The notes under the pieces were generated by a model, which searched no databases, was not told where the DNA came from, and saw only the letters and a program-made list of their open reading frames with translations. From Halalkalibacterium halodurans (GTDB lineage: Bacteria; Bacillota; Bacilli; Bacillales; Bacillaceae_D): DNA of 32,000 bases. Within the stretch, counting starts at the first letter, position 1, and each line of letters starts with the position of its first letter. Of the stretch, positions 8,807 through 21,254 are shown piece after piece. Position numbers and translations under genes: made by a program. The stretch spans positions 23,311-55,310 of the forward strand of contig NZ_SNUY01000008.1 in the NCBI RefSeq assembly GCF_004376175.1. The letters run 5' to 3'.

Positions 8807-9769
8807 TTGCCAGAAACGAAACTAATACAGTTACGAGTAAAAGACACACAGGAAACACAAGCTCTCTTTGGCCCGAAGGACGCCCATTTGCAACGTTTGG
8901 AAGAATATTTACAGGTGTCGATTGTAACGCGAGGTGAACAAGTTTCCGTTACGGGGGAAGAAGGAAAAATAACCCTTGTGGAACATGTGCTTTCAGCTTT
9001 GATCGAACTGATTCGCAACGGCGTCTCACTGTCAGAGCGTGATGTTGTTTATGCTGTACAGCTAGCTGAGAAAGATCAGTTAGATGAATTGTCGGAAATC
9101 TATCGTGAAAATATTACGACGAATATAAAAGGGAAAGCGATTCGAGCCAAGACCCTCGGGCAGCGTCACTACGTTCAAACAATTAAAACCCGGGATCTTG
9201 TCTTCGGCATTGGCCCTGCTGGAACAGGGAAAACATACCTTGCTGTCGTCATGGCTGTCACAGCCTTAAAAGATGGATTAATCAAACGGATCGTCTTAAC
9301 AAGGCCAGCAGTGGAAGCAGGAGAGAACCTCGGCTTTTTGCCTGGAGACTTGAAGGAAAAGGTCGACCCTTACTTACGGCCTTTGTATGACGCGCTGCAC
9401 GATGTACTCGGGACTGAACAAACGAACCGACTGATGGAAAGGGGAACCATTGAAGTGGCCCCCCTTGCCTATATGAGAGGTCGAACCCTTGACGACGCAT
9501 TTGTCATTTTAGACGAAGCACAAAATACAACGCCAGAGCAAATGAAGATGTTTCTAACCCGTTTAGGATTTGGCTCAAAAATGGTCATTAATGGGGACCT
9601 TACGCAAATCGACTTACCTAAAGGAAAGCAATCTGGCTTGAAGGTGGCCATTGGTATTCTAGAGCGCGTAAAGGAAATTGGGTTCATTTATTTGCAACAA
9701 GCAGATGTTGTGCGCCATACACTCGTTCAAAAAATTCTCGATGCCTACGAGGTTGAAGAGAAATCCTAA
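8807..9769 (+). CDS. phoH: PhoH-like ATPase
   Basis: KH-like N-terminus plus PhoH P-loop domain (GPAGTGKTYLAV, ILDEAQN). TTG at 8807 is 9 nt after AAGGAGA. TTG at 8798 is an alternative start and overlaps the yqfD stop. Confidence 0.9.
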   Translation: MPETKLIQLRVKDTQETQALFGPKDAHLQRLEEYLQVSIVTRGEQVSVTGEEGKITLVEHVLSALIELIRNGVSLSERDVVYAVQLAEKDQLDELSEIYRENITTNIKGKAIRAKTLGQRHYVQTIKTRDLVFGIGPAGTGKTYLAVVMAVTALKDGLIKRIVLTRPAVEAGENLGFLPGDLKEKVDPYLRPLYDALHDVLGTEQTNRLMERGTIEVAPLAYMRGRTLDDAFVILDEAQNTTPEQMKMFLTRLGFGSKMVINGDLTQIDLPKGKQSGLKVAIGILERVKEIGFIYLQQADVVRHTLVQKILDAYEVEEKS

Positions 9770-9803
9770 CAGGCGCTACAATTGGATAGGATGGCAATTA
9801 AAT

Positions 9804-9835
9804 GAGACCCTCTGTGCTTAGAGGGTCTCTTGTTA
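9804..9835 (+). terminator. Rho-independent terminator after phoH
   Basis: Perfect 10-bp stem gagaccctct (9804-9813) / agagggtctc (9820-9829), then TTGTT (weak U-tract). Confidence 0.7.
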
Positions 9836-9985
9836 CTTGATTATTTGAAAGGCTCCGAGGCTACACTGAAAACAGGATCTCCTTTTTGCGAAACGTAGGA
9901 ATCAAACAGTACGTAGAAAAAGGAAGTGCTTTGATTCAAAGCGCTTAACGATTGAATAACCGAGAAAGGTTAGAGGTGAAAGCCG

Positions 9986-12151
9986 GTGAAAAAACGAGCG
10001 TCGATCGATCAACAAAAATGGTGGAAGCAAATCCGTGATCATCAATATTCGCGCGTGATCATGTACATGGTTCTTGCCATCATTCTTTACTTCTTAATGC
10101 TTGGGAATGTACTTCCTGACCGGCTTGACATTCAATTATCGTCTATTGCTGAACAAGATATTCGTTCACCAATTACGATTGAAAACCGAGAAGCGACGGA
10201 AGAACGACAAAAAGAAGTACTCGATTCTGTCTCTCCGGTTTATTCTCTAGACCGTGATTTAACACAGCGACAAGTAGGGTTGGTCGATGATTTATTTCAA
10301 GTGGTATATGAAGTAAAGCGAGACTTAGAGGAGCATGAAGAAGAGGAAGAAGAGGTAACCTCAGAAGAAAAAGTAGAGATGGTTCAGGAACGTTTATCAG
10401 ATGAAACGGGAAGGGATCTGTCTGAAACGACGATCCAAACATTGTTAGAAACATCGGAGGCGCAGTTGAACTTAGCGCGAAATACAACCGTAAGTGCCGT
10501 TCATGAAATCATGAGTGAATCGATCTCGGTTAGCGGACTTTCGGAAGCAAAAGAGTCCGTGCCTGAGCTGATGACTATTTCAACTGTAAGCAGTCAGCTT
10601 TTAGATGCGATGATTGAAGTGGCTCAATTTGCCATCGTTCCGAATTATACATATGATGAAGAAGCAACCGAGCGCTTGCGACAAGAAGCGTTAGATTCGG
10701 TCGAGCCAGTGATCATTAGAGAAGGGCAGCTGCTTGTAAAAGAAGGAGAAAGCATTAACTACGATACGTATGAACAGCTAAGGCTTGTCGGGTTGCTTGA
10801 TGATACGTTCAATCCGTTTCCATATATCGGGCTTGCGATCCTTGTCATTTTAATTGTCATGATGGTCGCCTATTATTTAAAAGAAACGAAGTCATCTGTT
10901 CAAACGAACAATAGTCACTTGCTTATGTACATTCTTATTTTTATCGTGACCGTATCAGTCATGAAAATTGTTTCGTTTGTTGAGGCTTTTGACATTCAGG
11001 CATCTGGCTATGTAGTCCCTGCAGCTCTCGGATCGATGCTGCTCACTATGTTGGTCCACCATCGCATTGCCTTGTTCTCGAGCATCATGTTTGCGATTAT
11101 TGGCAGCATCCTATTTAATCAAGGCGTGGCGGGGTCGTATAATTTTTCATTCGCCCTTTATATTTTGTTCAGCTCGTTTGCTGCTGTGTATTTCCTGTCG
11201 CGCTCACAAAATGTAACAACACTCATTTTGCGCGCAGGTTTATTCGTATCGTTTATGAACATGCTAATTCTTTTGTCCATTTTGTTTTTAAAATCGGTTC
11301 AGACAAACTGGATGGAAGTTGGCTTACACATGGGATTTGCTTTTGCATCAGGCTTTTTAGCAGCCGTGCTCACACTGGGTCTCATGCCTTTTTTTGAGGC
11401 GGGCTTTGGCATCTTGTCAACATCGAAATTAATCGAGCTTTCGAATCCAAATCATCCATTATTGCGAAAAATTTTAACCGAAGCTCCTGGAACATATCAC
11501 CATAGCGTCGTTGTTGGAAACCTCTCGGAAGCCGCTTGCGAATCGATTGGAGAGAATGGGTTGCTTGCACGGGTGGGCTCCTACTATCATGATCTGGGGA
11601 AGACGAGACGGCCGCACTTTTTCATTGAAAATCAGATGAAAATGGAGAATCCCCATGACCGGATCTCTCCGCAGTTAAGTGCGACGATCATTATTTCTCA
11701 TCCGTATGATGGGGCAAAGATGCTGAAGGAATATAAAATGCCAAAAGAAATTATAGATATAGCCGAACAGCATCACGGGACAAGCTTATTAAAATATTTT
11801 TACCATAAAGCCCAGCAAGAATCAGATCAAGAAGTAGAGGAAACAAGTTTTCGTTATCCTGGACCGAAGGCACAATCAAAGGTGGCGGCTATCGTCGGAA
11901 TTGCCGATAGTGTGGAAGCAGCTGTTCGGTCAATGTCTAGACCGAATCCGAACAAAATCGAAGCGCTCGTTCGAAAAATCATTACCGATCGCCTTGAAGA
12001 TGGACAATTTGACGAATGTGAATTAACGCTAAAAGACTTAGATCAAGTTGCCAAATCGATCTGTGAAACGTTAAAGGGAACATTTCATGAGCGTATAGAA
12101 TACCCCGAAGATGAAAAAAAGAAGGAGAGTGGCCATGAACATTCAAATTGA
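9986..12151 (+). CDS. pgpH: 7TM-receptor HD-domain phosphohydrolase (PgpH/YqfF, cyclic-di-AMP phosphodiesterase family)
   Basis: 721 aa. Extracellular 7TMR-HDED region, seven TM helices and an HD domain (HHSVVVGNL, YYHDLGK, QHHG). GTG start follows AGAGGTGA. Confidence 0.85.
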   Translation: MKKRASIDQQKWWKQIRDHQYSRVIMYMVLAIILYFLMLGNVLPDRLDIQLSSIAEQDIRSPITIENREATEERQKEVLDSVSPVYSLDRDLTQRQVGLVDDLFQVVYEVKRDLEEHEEEEEEVTSEEKVEMVQERLSDETGRDLSETTIQTLLETSEAQLNLARNTTVSAVHEIMSESISVSGLSEAKESVPELMTISTVSSQLLDAMIEVAQFAIVPNYTYDEEATERLRQEALDSVEPVIIREGQLLVKEGESINYDTYEQLRLVGLLDDTFNPFPYIGLAILVILIVMMVAYYLKETKSSVQTNNSHLLMYILIFIVTVSVMKIVSFVEAFDIQASGYVVPAALGSMLLTMLVHHRIALFSSIMFAIIGSILFNQGVAGSYNFSFALYILFSSFAAVYFLSRSQNVTTLILRAGLFVSFMNMLILLSILFLKSVQTNWMEVGLHMGFAFASGFLAAVLTLGLMPFFEAGFGILSTSKLIELSNPNHPLLRKILTEAPGTYHHSVVVGNLSEAACESIGENGLLARVGSYYHDLGKTRRPHFFIENQMKMENPHDRISPQLSATIIISHPYDGAKMLKEYKMPKEIIDIAEQHHGTSLLKYFYHKAQQESDQEVEETSFRYPGPKAQSKVAAIVGIADSVEAAVRSMSRPNPNKIEALVRKIITDRLEDGQFDECELTLKDLDQVAKSICETLKGTFHERIEYPEDEKKKESGHEHSN

Positions 12152-12614
12152 TATGATCGATCATACGGATACGCTAACAGAAAAACAGGAAACGTTGATC
12201 CGAGAGCTTCTTCACGAAGCGGCGCGCTACGAAAAGTTAGCGGAAGGGACATATGAACTTTCGCTATCCTTTGTCAGCGATGAGGAGATCCAAGAACTGA
12301 ATCGTGATTATAGAGGCAAAGATCAGCCGACAGATGTGATTTCTTTTGCTCTAAATGAAGTAGGTGAGGGAGAACAGCCAGTGGAACCAGAAGCAGGTAC
12401 ACCGAATTTGCTTGGAGATATCATTGTCTCAATTCCGCGTTGTCAAGAGCAAGCGGAAGCATATGGTCATTCGTTTGAGCGAGAGCTAGGGTTTTTAATT
12501 GTACACGGCTTCCTACACTTGTTAGGTTATGACCATATGAGCGAGGATGAGGAGAAAAAAATGTTCATGCGACAAGAGGATATTTTGACTGCTTATGGCC
12601 TTACAAGATCGTAA
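12135..12614 (+). CDS. ybeY: Endoribonuclease YbeY (rRNA maturation)
   Basis: Zinc motif HGFLHLLGYDH and the DQPTDVISFA motif. ATG at 12135 follows GAAGGAGAG and overlaps the pgpH 3' end by 17 nt. Confidence 0.9.
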   Translation: MNIQIDMIDHTDTLTEKQETLIRELLHEAARYEKLAEGTYELSLSFVSDEEIQELNRDYRGKDQPTDVISFALNEVGEGEQPVEPEAGTPNLLGDIIVSIPRCQEQAEAYGHSFERELGFLIVHGFLHLLGYDHMSEDEEKKMFMRQEDILTAYGLTRS

Positions 12615-12987
12615 TAAACGGGGCTTTCGTCGGTTGCTACGCTCCTTTGTCTATGCGACGAACGGACTTGTGTATGTCATTAAGCGTGAACAAAATATGC
12701 AAATTCACCTCGCAATTAGCATAGCTGTCCTTTTCCTTGGGCTTCTTCTGGAGTTGTCCACGTACCAGTGGCTTATCCTTCTCCTCGTCATTGGAGGGAT
12801 ATTTTCCCTCGAAATTATGAATACAGCAATTGAACGAACGGTGGACCTGATTACGGATGAATACCACCCGTATGCTAAGCGAGCGAAGGATATTGCAGCA
12901 GCCGCAGTGTTTGTATATAGTATATTTGCTATCATTATCGGATTGATCATTTTCATTCCGCCACTTTTGGAAAAATGGTTTTCATGA
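12595..12987 (+). CDS. dgkA: Diacylglycerol/undecaprenol kinase (DgkA family)
   Basis: 130 aa, three TM helices, conserved N-terminal amphipathic segment and the EIMNTAIE motif. Overlaps the ybeY 3' end by 20 nt. Confidence 0.85.
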   Translation: MALQDRNKRGFRRLLRSFVYATNGLVYVIKREQNMQIHLAISIAVLFLGLLLELSTYQWLILLLVIGGIFSLEIMNTAIERTVDLITDEYHPYAKRAKDIAAAAVFVYSIFAIIIGLIIFIPPLLEKWFS

Positions 12988-13017
12988 TGTAACGGAAAGA
13001 TTGGTTGAGAGGGGCCT

Positions 13018-15075
<2,058 letters not shown>

Positions 15076-15115
15076 TGTAAGATTGCAACGTGCAAGAAAA
15101 TGTCACACACTCTTT

Positions 15116-15149
15116 ACAATGGCTGGGGGAACAGCCATTGTTTTTTTTG
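15116..15149 (+). terminator. Rho-independent terminator after era
   Basis: Perfect 10-bp stem acaatggctg (15116-15125) / cagccattgt (15132-15141), then T8. Confidence 0.9.
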
Positions 15150-15306
15150 CTAGAAACGTTTAAGATATAGAATAAGAAGAAATATATGACAAAACAAAAA
15201 AGTCAAGGCGATTCAACTAGTAAATATTCCATCTTATCTTTTTGTTAAAGCGGGTCAATCTATGCTTAGAACGTTTAAGTCTTTCTATAGGAAGGTGGAA
15301 TCTGAA

Positions 15307-15456
15307 GTGCTCGATTTATCTTGGAAAGTATTTGAGAAGACTGGTAATGTGGATACGTATCTTTTGATCAAGGAAATAGAGCGTGCATCAGATCAGCAAA
15401 GTCAAATGGAAGACCTTGAACTTGTAATAGAGGAACAAGATAGTCCTACTCATTAA
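15307..15456 (+). CDS. yqzL: YqzL-family small protein
   Basis: 49 aa. The WKVFEKTGNVDTYLLIKEIE motif matches B. subtilis YqzL as I recall it. GTG at 15307 is 8 nt after GGAAGGTGG. The ORF-track start at 15262 is an extension. Confidence 0.7.
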   Translation: MLDLSWKVFEKTGNVDTYLLIKEIERASDQQSQMEDLELVIEEQDSPTH

Positions 15457-15491
15457 CGTTGTTAGTTGATCGTGTTAAAGTGGTGAAGAAC

Positions 15492-16256
15492 ATGTTTCAC
15501 AAAGCAGAAGGCATCGTCATTCGCACGGTGGATTATGGTGAATCCAACAAAATTGTCACCGTGTTTACGAGAGAATATGGAAAAATTGCTTTAATGGCTC
15601 GAGGGGCCAAACGTCCGAAAAGCCGGCTAACCGCAGTCACTCAATTATTTACGTATGGCATGATGATGTTTCAAAAAAATGCAGGACTTGGAACATTAAC
15701 GCAAGGTGAAATTATACAATCTTTTCGGGAGGTTCGAAATGATCTGTTTCGAGCCTCCTACGTCTCTTATGTTACGGATCTAACAAACAAATTAACCGAA
15801 GATGAAAAGAGAAACCCTTACTTATTTGAGTTGTTGTTTCAGACGATTCATTATATGAACGAAGGGATGGATCCAGACGTATTAACGCGAATTTTTGAAG
15901 TGAAAATGTTCACAGTCGCTGGCATAAAGCCAGGGCTGGATCAATGTGTGTCCTGTGGATCGACGGATGTTCCAGTAGGTTTCTCCATAAAAGAAGCGGG
16001 CTTTTTGTGTAAACGATGTATTGAGAAAGACCCACATGCGTATAAAATTACAGCTCAAGTAGCCAAGCTACTACGTTTGTTTTATCATTTCGATTTGCAG
16101 CGGCTTGGAACCATCTCGTTGAAGCCGGAAACGAAGGCGACTCTCAAAACCATCATCCATCAATATTACGATGAATATTCAGGCTTACACTTAAAATCGA
16201 GACGATTTTTAGACCAGTTGGAATCAATGGGATTTCACGACCAATCTACGGATTGA
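15492..16256 (+). CDS. recO: DNA repair protein RecO
   Basis: 254 aa. OB-fold N-terminus (AEGIVIRTVDYGESNKIVT) and zinc-finger cysteines CVSCGS...CKRC. ATG at 15492 chosen by alignment to RecO N-termini. Confidence 0.9.
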   Translation: MFHKAEGIVIRTVDYGESNKIVTVFTREYGKIALMARGAKRPKSRLTAVTQLFTYGMMMFQKNAGLGTLTQGEIIQSFREVRNDLFRASYVSYVTDLTNKLTEDEKRNPYLFELLFQTIHYMNEGMDPDVLTRIFEVKMFTVAGIKPGLDQCVSCGSTDVPVGFSIKEAGFLCKRCIEKDPHAYKITAQVAKLLRLFYHFDLQRLGTISLKPETKATLKTIIHQYYDEYSGLHLKSRRFLDQLESMGFHDQSTD

Positions 16257-16295
16257 CAGAACAGAAAAAGTTAAGTATGATTCAAAGTACCAAAA

Positions 16296-16304
16296 TGTTA
16301 TATT
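16296..16304 (+). promoter_or_regulatory. Candidate extended -10 promoter for the glyQS leader
   Basis: TGTTATATT (TGnTATATT) at 16296-16304, with only a weak -35. It would start transcription a few nt before T-box stem I. Confidence 0.35.
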
Positions 16305-16311
16305 TCAATGC

Positions 16312-16518
16312 TATGACGGAGAACAGTACTTGATTCCTTTTACATAAAAGCGAACCTAGGATGGTGAGAGCTAGGGATGTAAACATCAAGGAAGGCACTC
16401 TTGAGCATGAACGATGAAAAGAAAGTGGCCTATGGTGTCATCATAGGCAAATAGGGTGGAACCGCGGGTTAACTCTCGTCCCTATGCCGTCCGTTCGGCA
16501 TAGAGGCGGGAGTTTTTT
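16312..16518 (+). promoter_or_regulatory. T-box riboswitch leader (glycine-specific) with intrinsic terminator
   Basis: Stem I elements (GGAGAACAGTAC), a specifier-loop-like GAA-GGC-A with GGC at 16394-16396, and the conserved T-box AATAGGGTGGAACCGCGGG (16450-16468). The terminator stem is ctcgtccctatgccg / cggcatagaggcgggag, followed by TTTTTT (to 16518). Confidence 0.9.
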
Positions 16519-16630
16519 GTACTTTAAGTGAAACTTTTGTTCAGGAGGAAAGAAAGGCAACGGCTTTCACTAAAGGTTTGACGCGCCGATTTCGAACGGT
16601 GGTCTATATGAAAAGGAGGAGCTTGAACAG

Positions 16631-17524
16631 ATGAATGTGCAGACAATGATTTTAACGCTGCAAGAGTACTGGTCAAAACAAAACTGTATTTTGTTGCAGG
16701 CGTATGATACGGAAAAAGGGGCAGGTACGATGAGTCCATACACGATGCTCAGAACGATTGGACCCGAGCCTTGGAACGTCGCCTATGTGGAACCATCCCG
16801 TCGTCCAGCAGACGGACGGTATGGTGAAAACCCGAACCGATTGTATCAACACCATCAATTTCAAGTGATCATGAAGCCATCGCCAACGAATATTCAGGAG
16901 CTTTATCTTGACAGTTTGCGGGCACTTGGAATTAATCCACTTGAGCATGATATCCGCTTTGTAGAAGACAACTGGGAGAATCCATCCCTCGGATGTGCTG
17001 GTCTCGGCTGGGAAGTGTGGCTTGACGGTATGGAAATTACTCAATTTACGTATTTTCAACAAGTGGGAGGTCTTGAGGCGAATCCTGTTTCGGCTGAAAT
17101 TACGTACGGTTTGGAGAGGTTAGCTTCCTATATTCAAGACAAGGAAAACGTTTTTGACCTTGAGTGGGTAGAAGGTTTCACGTATGGCGATATTTTTACA
17201 CAGCCAGAGTACGAGCACTCTAAATATACGTTTGAGGTATCAGATTCCGCGATGCTGTTTGAGCTGTTTAGTACGTATGAGAAAGAAGCGGATCGTGCCC
17301 TTGAGGAGAATCTCGTATTTCCGGCATACGACTACGTCTTAAAATGCTCGCATACCTTCAATCTTCTTGATGCCCGTGGTGCAATTTCTGTTACCGAACG
17401 GACAGGCTACATCGGGCGTGTGCGAAATTTAGCGCGTAAGTGTGCAAAGAAATATTACGAAGAACGAGAAAAGCTAGGATTTCCTATGCTGAAAAACAAG
17501 GAGGCCGATCATGAGCAAGCGTGA
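16631..17524 (+). CDS. glyQ: Glycine--tRNA ligase alpha subunit
   Basis: 297 aa, highly conserved GlyQ sequence ([27 protein letters not shown]). RBS AAAGGAGGAG. Confidence 0.97.
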   Translation: MNVQTMILTLQEYWSKQNCILLQAYDTEKGAGTMSPYTMLRTIGPEPWNVAYVEPSRRPADGRYGENPNRLYQHHQFQVIMKPSPTNIQELYLDSLRALGINPLEHDIRFVEDNWENPSLGCAGLGWEVWLDGMEITQFTYFQQVGGLEANPVSAEITYGLERLASYIQDKENVFDLEWVEGFTYGDIFTQPEYEHSKYTFEVSDSAMLFELFSTYEKEADRALEENLVFPAYDYVLKCSHTFNLLDARGAISVTERTGYIGRVRNLARKCAKKYYEEREKLGFPMLKNKEADHEQA

Positions 17525-19592
17525 TTTTCTGTTAGAAATCGGACTGGAAGAATTACCTGCTCGCTTTGTTTCAGATGGAGAGAAGCAACTAGCGGATAAA
17601 GTGGAGTCGTTTTTAAAGGAGCAGCGGATTTCATTTGAACAAATATCCTCATTTTCCACGCCCCGCAGGTTAGCGGTTCTTGTTATTGGTTTGGCTGAGA
17701 AACAAGCAGATGTAGAAGAAGAAAGCCGTGGACCAGCCAAAAAAATCGCCTTGGACGAAAGTGGAAACTGGACAAAAGCCGCTCAAGGATTTGCTCGAGG
17801 CCAAGGAGTCTCTGTTGATGATTTATATATACAAGAAGTGAAAGGGACGGAATATATTTTTGCGAAAAAATTTGTCGCTGGTCAAGAGACTGCTTCTCTG
17901 CTTCCAGAACTAAAGGAGCTTATTACAAGCTTACACTTTCCTAAAAATATGCGCTGGCATACATACAGCTTGCGATATGCCCGTCCAATTCAATGGCTTG
18001 TTGCATTATACGGACAGGAAGTTATTCCTTTTGAAATAACGGGTGTAGCTGCTGGTCTAGAGACCGCTGGGCATCGATTTTTAGGAGAAAATGTCACGAT
18101 CGATGAGCCAACTTTATATAAGGAAAAGCTCCTACAGCAATACGTTATGGCTGATAGTGAGGAGCGAAAAAAAGCGATTCGTCATCAAATTCAATCGATA
18201 ATGGAAGAAAAGGATTGGGTAATTCCAATTGATGAGGATTTACTCGATGAGGTAACGAACCTAGTGGAGTACCCAACCGCCTTATTTGGGCGCTTTGACG
18301 AGGCATTTTTATCTTTACCAAACGAAGTACTCATTACATCGATGCGTGAACACCAACGCTACTTTCCGGTGAAAAATCAAGCCGGTGAACTGCTTCCATA
18401 TTTTGTGACGATACGAAACGGGGATCACCGACACCTTGAAAATGTCGTAAAAGGAAACGAAAAAGTGCTACGGGCTCGCCTATCAGATGCAGCATTTTTC
18501 TATGGAGAAGACCAAAAATTAAACATCGACGAAGCAAACAAGCGACTCGATCAAATCGTCTATCATGAAGAGTTAGGCTCGATAGGTGATAAAGTAAAAC
18601 GGGTTAAGGTGCTTGCCGCTTCGATTGCGGAGAAGCTGGGTGTAACGAGTCAAACTTTACAAGCGATCAACCGAGTAGCAGAAATTTGCAAGTTTGACCT
18701 TGTGACACAAATGGTCGGTGAATTCCCTGAATTACAAGGACGAATGGGCGAAGTCTATGCAGAGATTGCCGGTGAACCACCAGAAGTAGCAAAAGGGATC
18801 GTTGAGCATTATTTGCCGCGATTTGCAGGAGATCAATCACCGAGCAGTGTCCAGGGAACGGTGGTAAGCTTAGCGGATAAGCTCGATACGATTGCAGCAT
18901 GTTTCGGAATTGGTTTAATTCCTACTGGCTCTCAAGATCCTTATGCTTTACGGCGCCAAGCAGCTGGTGTTGTTCAAATTTTACTAGATCATGAGTTGGA
19001 TTTAGATGTGGATGAGCTTTTGCTTGAGACAGTTGAGCAGTTACAGGAAAAAGAGCTGTTAACTGTACCTGAAAGCGAAGTTGTGAAGCAATTACGTGAA
19101 TTTTTTGCCCTGCGTGTGAAAACAAAATTACAAGACGAGGGAGTTCGGTACGACTTAACAGATGCTGTACTAGCCTCAGGAATTTCCAATGTTCCAGTTG
19201 TTTTCAAGAAAGCGAAGCTATTGGTCAGTAAAGTAAATACGCCTGAGTTTAAAGAGCTTGTGGAAGGCCTTAGCCGTGTCACGAACATCGCAGGTAAAGC
19301 AGAAAAAAATGTGGCTATCAATCCGGACCTGTTTGAAAAAGAAGAGGAGCGGGTATTGTATGAGGCCTATGTGCAAACAAAAGATCTTGTCCAAGGGGCT
19401 TTAGCAAGTGGGGATGTCTCTGCAGCTTATGCTGCGCTTGAACAGACGATTGAGCCGATTCACCAATACTTTGAGCACGTGATGGTGATGGTTGATGAGC
19501 AGGTAATAAAGGAAAATCGGTTAGCCTTAATGCATGCTTTTGCCGGTGTGATTGGCTCTTACGCTAACTTTCAAGAAATAGTGTTTAAATAA
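17511..19592 (+). CDS. glyS: Glycine--tRNA ligase beta subunit
   Basis: 693 aa, typical GlyS N-terminus ([15 protein letters not shown]). Overlaps glyQ by 14 nt. RBS AAGGAGG. Confidence 0.97.
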   Translation: MSKRDFLLEIGLEELPARFVSDGEKQLADKVESFLKEQRISFEQISSFSTPRRLAVLVIGLAEKQADVEEESRGPAKKIALDESGNWTKAAQGFARGQGVSVDDLYIQEVKGTEYIFAKKFVAGQETASLLPELKELITSLHFPKNMRWHTYSLRYARPIQWLVALYGQEVIPFEITGVAAGLETAGHRFLGENVTIDEPTLYKEKLLQQYVMADSEERKKAIRHQIQSIMEEKDWVIPIDEDLLDEVTNLVEYPTALFGRFDEAFLSLPNEVLITSMREHQRYFPVKNQAGELLPYFVTIRNGDHRHLENVVKGNEKVLRARLSDAAFFYGEDQKLNIDEANKRLDQIVYHEELGSIGDKVKRVKVLAASIAEKLGVTSQTLQAINRVAEICKFDLVTQMVGEFPELQGRMGEVYAEIAGEPPEVAKGIVEHYLPRFAGDQSPSSVQGTVVSLADKLDTIAACFGIGLIPTGSQDPYALRRQAAGVVQILLDHELDLDVDELLLETVEQLQEKELLTVPESEVVKQLREFFALRVKTKLQDEGVRYDLTDAVLASGISNVPVVFKKAKLLVSKVNTPEFKELVEGLSRVTNIAGKAEKNVAINPDLFEKEEERVLYEAYVQTKDLVQGALASGDVSAAYAALEQTIEPIHQYFEHVMVMVDEQVIKENRLALMHAFAGVIGSYANFQEIVFK

Positions 19593-19681
19593 GCTTTTTT
19601 CGATGCCAACCGATGATAAATCGTATATAATAATAAAGTTAATGTATAACACATTTAGAACTGTTCTGGTCAAAGTGTGTG

Positions 19682-20335
19682 ATGAAGGCGGTGAGACCAA
19701 TCGAATTAACGAATCGTCAAGAACACATCTTAGCTATCGTAAAAGAAAATGGCCCCATTACGGGAGAACAAATTGCCGAACGTCTATCGTTAACAAGGGC
19801 GACGCTTCGCCCTGACTTGGCGATCTTGACAATGGCCGGTTTCCTTGATGCTCGCCCGAGAGTCGGTTACTTCTATACTGGGAAAACAGGCTCACAGTTG
19901 TTAACAGACAAAGTGAGAAACATTCAGGTGCAGGACTATCAATCAAGACCTGTCGTTGTCCAAGACTCATCATCCGTTTATGATGCGATCTGCACCATGT
20001 TTCTTGAAGATGTGGGGACGCTCTTTGTCGTGGACAAGCATTCAACACTTGTCGGCGTACTCTCCCGAAAAGATTTGCTCAGAGCAAGTCTAGGAAAGCA
20101 ATCACTTGAGACCATTCCAGTAAGTATCATTATGACGCGAATGCCGAACATAACCATTTGCAAAAAAGACGATTTTATCATTGAAGTGGCTAAGAAGCTT
20201 ATTGATAAACAAATTGACGGGATTCCGGTCGTACGGGAAGTCGAACGGGGGTCAGGTTTTGAAGTGGTCGGTCGAGTAACAAAAACGAACATCACCTCCC
20301 TTCTCGTTGATTTGTCAAACGATGAAATCATATAG
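19682..20335 (+). CDS. ccpN: Transcriptional repressor CcpN (HTH plus tandem CBS domains)
   Basis: The N-terminus [60 protein letters not shown] is nearly identical to B. subtilis CcpN (YqzB) as I recall it. Two CBS domains follow. The start is uncertain between GTG 19679, ATG 19682 and GTG 19691. Confidence 0.85.
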   Translation: MKAVRPIELTNRQEHILAIVKENGPITGEQIAERLSLTRATLRPDLAILTMAGFLDARPRVGYFYTGKTGSQLLTDKVRNIQVQDYQSRPVVVQDSSSVYDAICTMFLEDVGTLFVVDKHSTLVGVLSRKDLLRASLGKQSLETIPVSIIMTRMPNITICKKDDFIIEVAKKLIDKQIDGIPVVREVERGSGFEVVGRVTKTNITSLLVDLSNDEII

Positions 20336-20358
20336 CCCTGGGAGACAAGGAGGTCGTG

Positions 20359-21171
20359 ATGGAACTAGGTAAACAGCGCCCTGTAGTCTATGTTGTATCA
20401 GACTCGGTAGGCGAAACAGCAGAGTTAGTTGTAAAAGCGGCTGCTAGTCAATTTAGCGGTGCAGGTATTGAAGTGCGGCGAATTCCATATGTAGAGGATA
20501 AGGAGACGGTCGATGAAGTTATCCAGCTTGCCAAACAAGCGGATGCCATCATTGCCTTTACATTAGTAGTCCCTGGTATTCGGACGTATCTGCTTGAGAA
20601 AGCGACGGAAGCAAAGGTCGAGACAGTGGATATTATCGGACCTATGCTTGAGAAAATTAGCAGCCTGACGAAGGAAGAGCCAAGATATGAACCAGGGATC
20701 GTCTACCGATTGGATGAAGATTATTTCCGAAAAGTGGAGGCGATTGAGTTCGCTGTGAAATACGATGACGGACGAGATCCTAGGGGAATTGTCCGCGCTG
20801 ACCTTGTATTAATTGGCGTTTCGCGCACATCAAAAACCCCGTTGTCCCAATATTTAGCCCACAAGCGTTTGAAAGTGGCGAATGTGCCATTAGTTCCTGA
20901 AGTAGAGCCTCCTGAGGAGCTATTTAAGCTTTCGCCGAAAAAAGTCATCGGATTAAAAATTAGTCCAGAGCAACTCAATGGTATTCGAGCGGAACGGTTA
21001 AAAACGTTAGGATTAAAATCGCAAGCCAACTATGCGAACATTGATCGGATCAAAGAAGAACTTGCTTACGCAGAAGGAATTATGAAACGAATTGGTTGCC
21101 CAGTTATCGATGTGTCGAACAAAGCAGTTGAAGAAACAGCTAATTTGATTTCAAGCATGTTCCAAAAATAA
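20359..21171 (+). CDS. yqfL: Putative pyruvate, phosphate dikinase regulatory protein (DUF299 kinase/pyrophosphorylase, YqfL homologue)
   Basis: [14 protein letters not shown]-terminus and P-loop-like [11 protein letters not shown]. Directly downstream of ccpN, as in B. subtilis. Confidence 0.85.
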   Translation: MELGKQRPVVYVVSDSVGETAELVVKAAASQFSGAGIEVRRIPYVEDKETVDEVIQLAKQADAIIAFTLVVPGIRTYLLEKATEAKVETVDIIGPMLEKISSLTKEEPRYEPGIVYRLDEDYFRKVEAIEFAVKYDDGRDPRGIVRADLVLIGVSRTSKTPLSQYLAHKRLKVANVPLVPEVEPPEELFKLSPKKVIGLKISPEQLNGIRAERLKTLGLKSQANYANIDRIKEELAYAEGIMKRIGCPVIDVSNKAVEETANLISSMFQK

Positions 21172-21199
21172 CGAAGCAGGTTTTTGTCTCTTTTGAAAC

Positions 21200-21230
21200 G
21201 GGAAAGGGGATTGTACCTCTTTCCTTTTTC
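21200..21230 (+). terminator. Rho-independent terminator after yqfL
   Basis: Stem ggaaagggg / cctctttcc (one mismatch), loop attgta, followed by TTTTT. Confidence 0.7.
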
Positions 21231-21254
21231 GAGTGATTTTTTCGATCGCCACAC

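Noticed and set aside
15186-15248. 20-codon ORF (MTKQKSQGDSTSKYSILSFC) between era and yqzL
   Set aside because: Weak RBS, and I have no way to test conservation. Too short to call from sequence alone.
16578-16634. 18-codon uORF (TTG start) ending in an ATGA overlap with the glyQ start codon
   Set aside because: Only a weak SD (AAAGG) with 1-nt spacing and a non-ATG start. The stop/start overlap is probably fortuitous.
16673-17062. Antisense or alternative-frame ORFs of 60-137 aa embedded in conserved genes (for example 16673-17062, 5847-6245, 19978-20331, 22449-22862, 26608-26985, 18989-19321, 2971-3333)
   Set aside because: All lie opposite to, or out of frame with, strongly conserved housekeeping genes. 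They have no RBS, show odd composition, and are the expected by-product of open reading frames on the complementary strand.
19593-19681. Candidate promoter or CcpN operator upstream of ccpN (tataat at 19626-19631)
   Set aside because: No acceptable -35 at 16-18 bp and no repeat structure suggestive of an operator. I left it uncalled.
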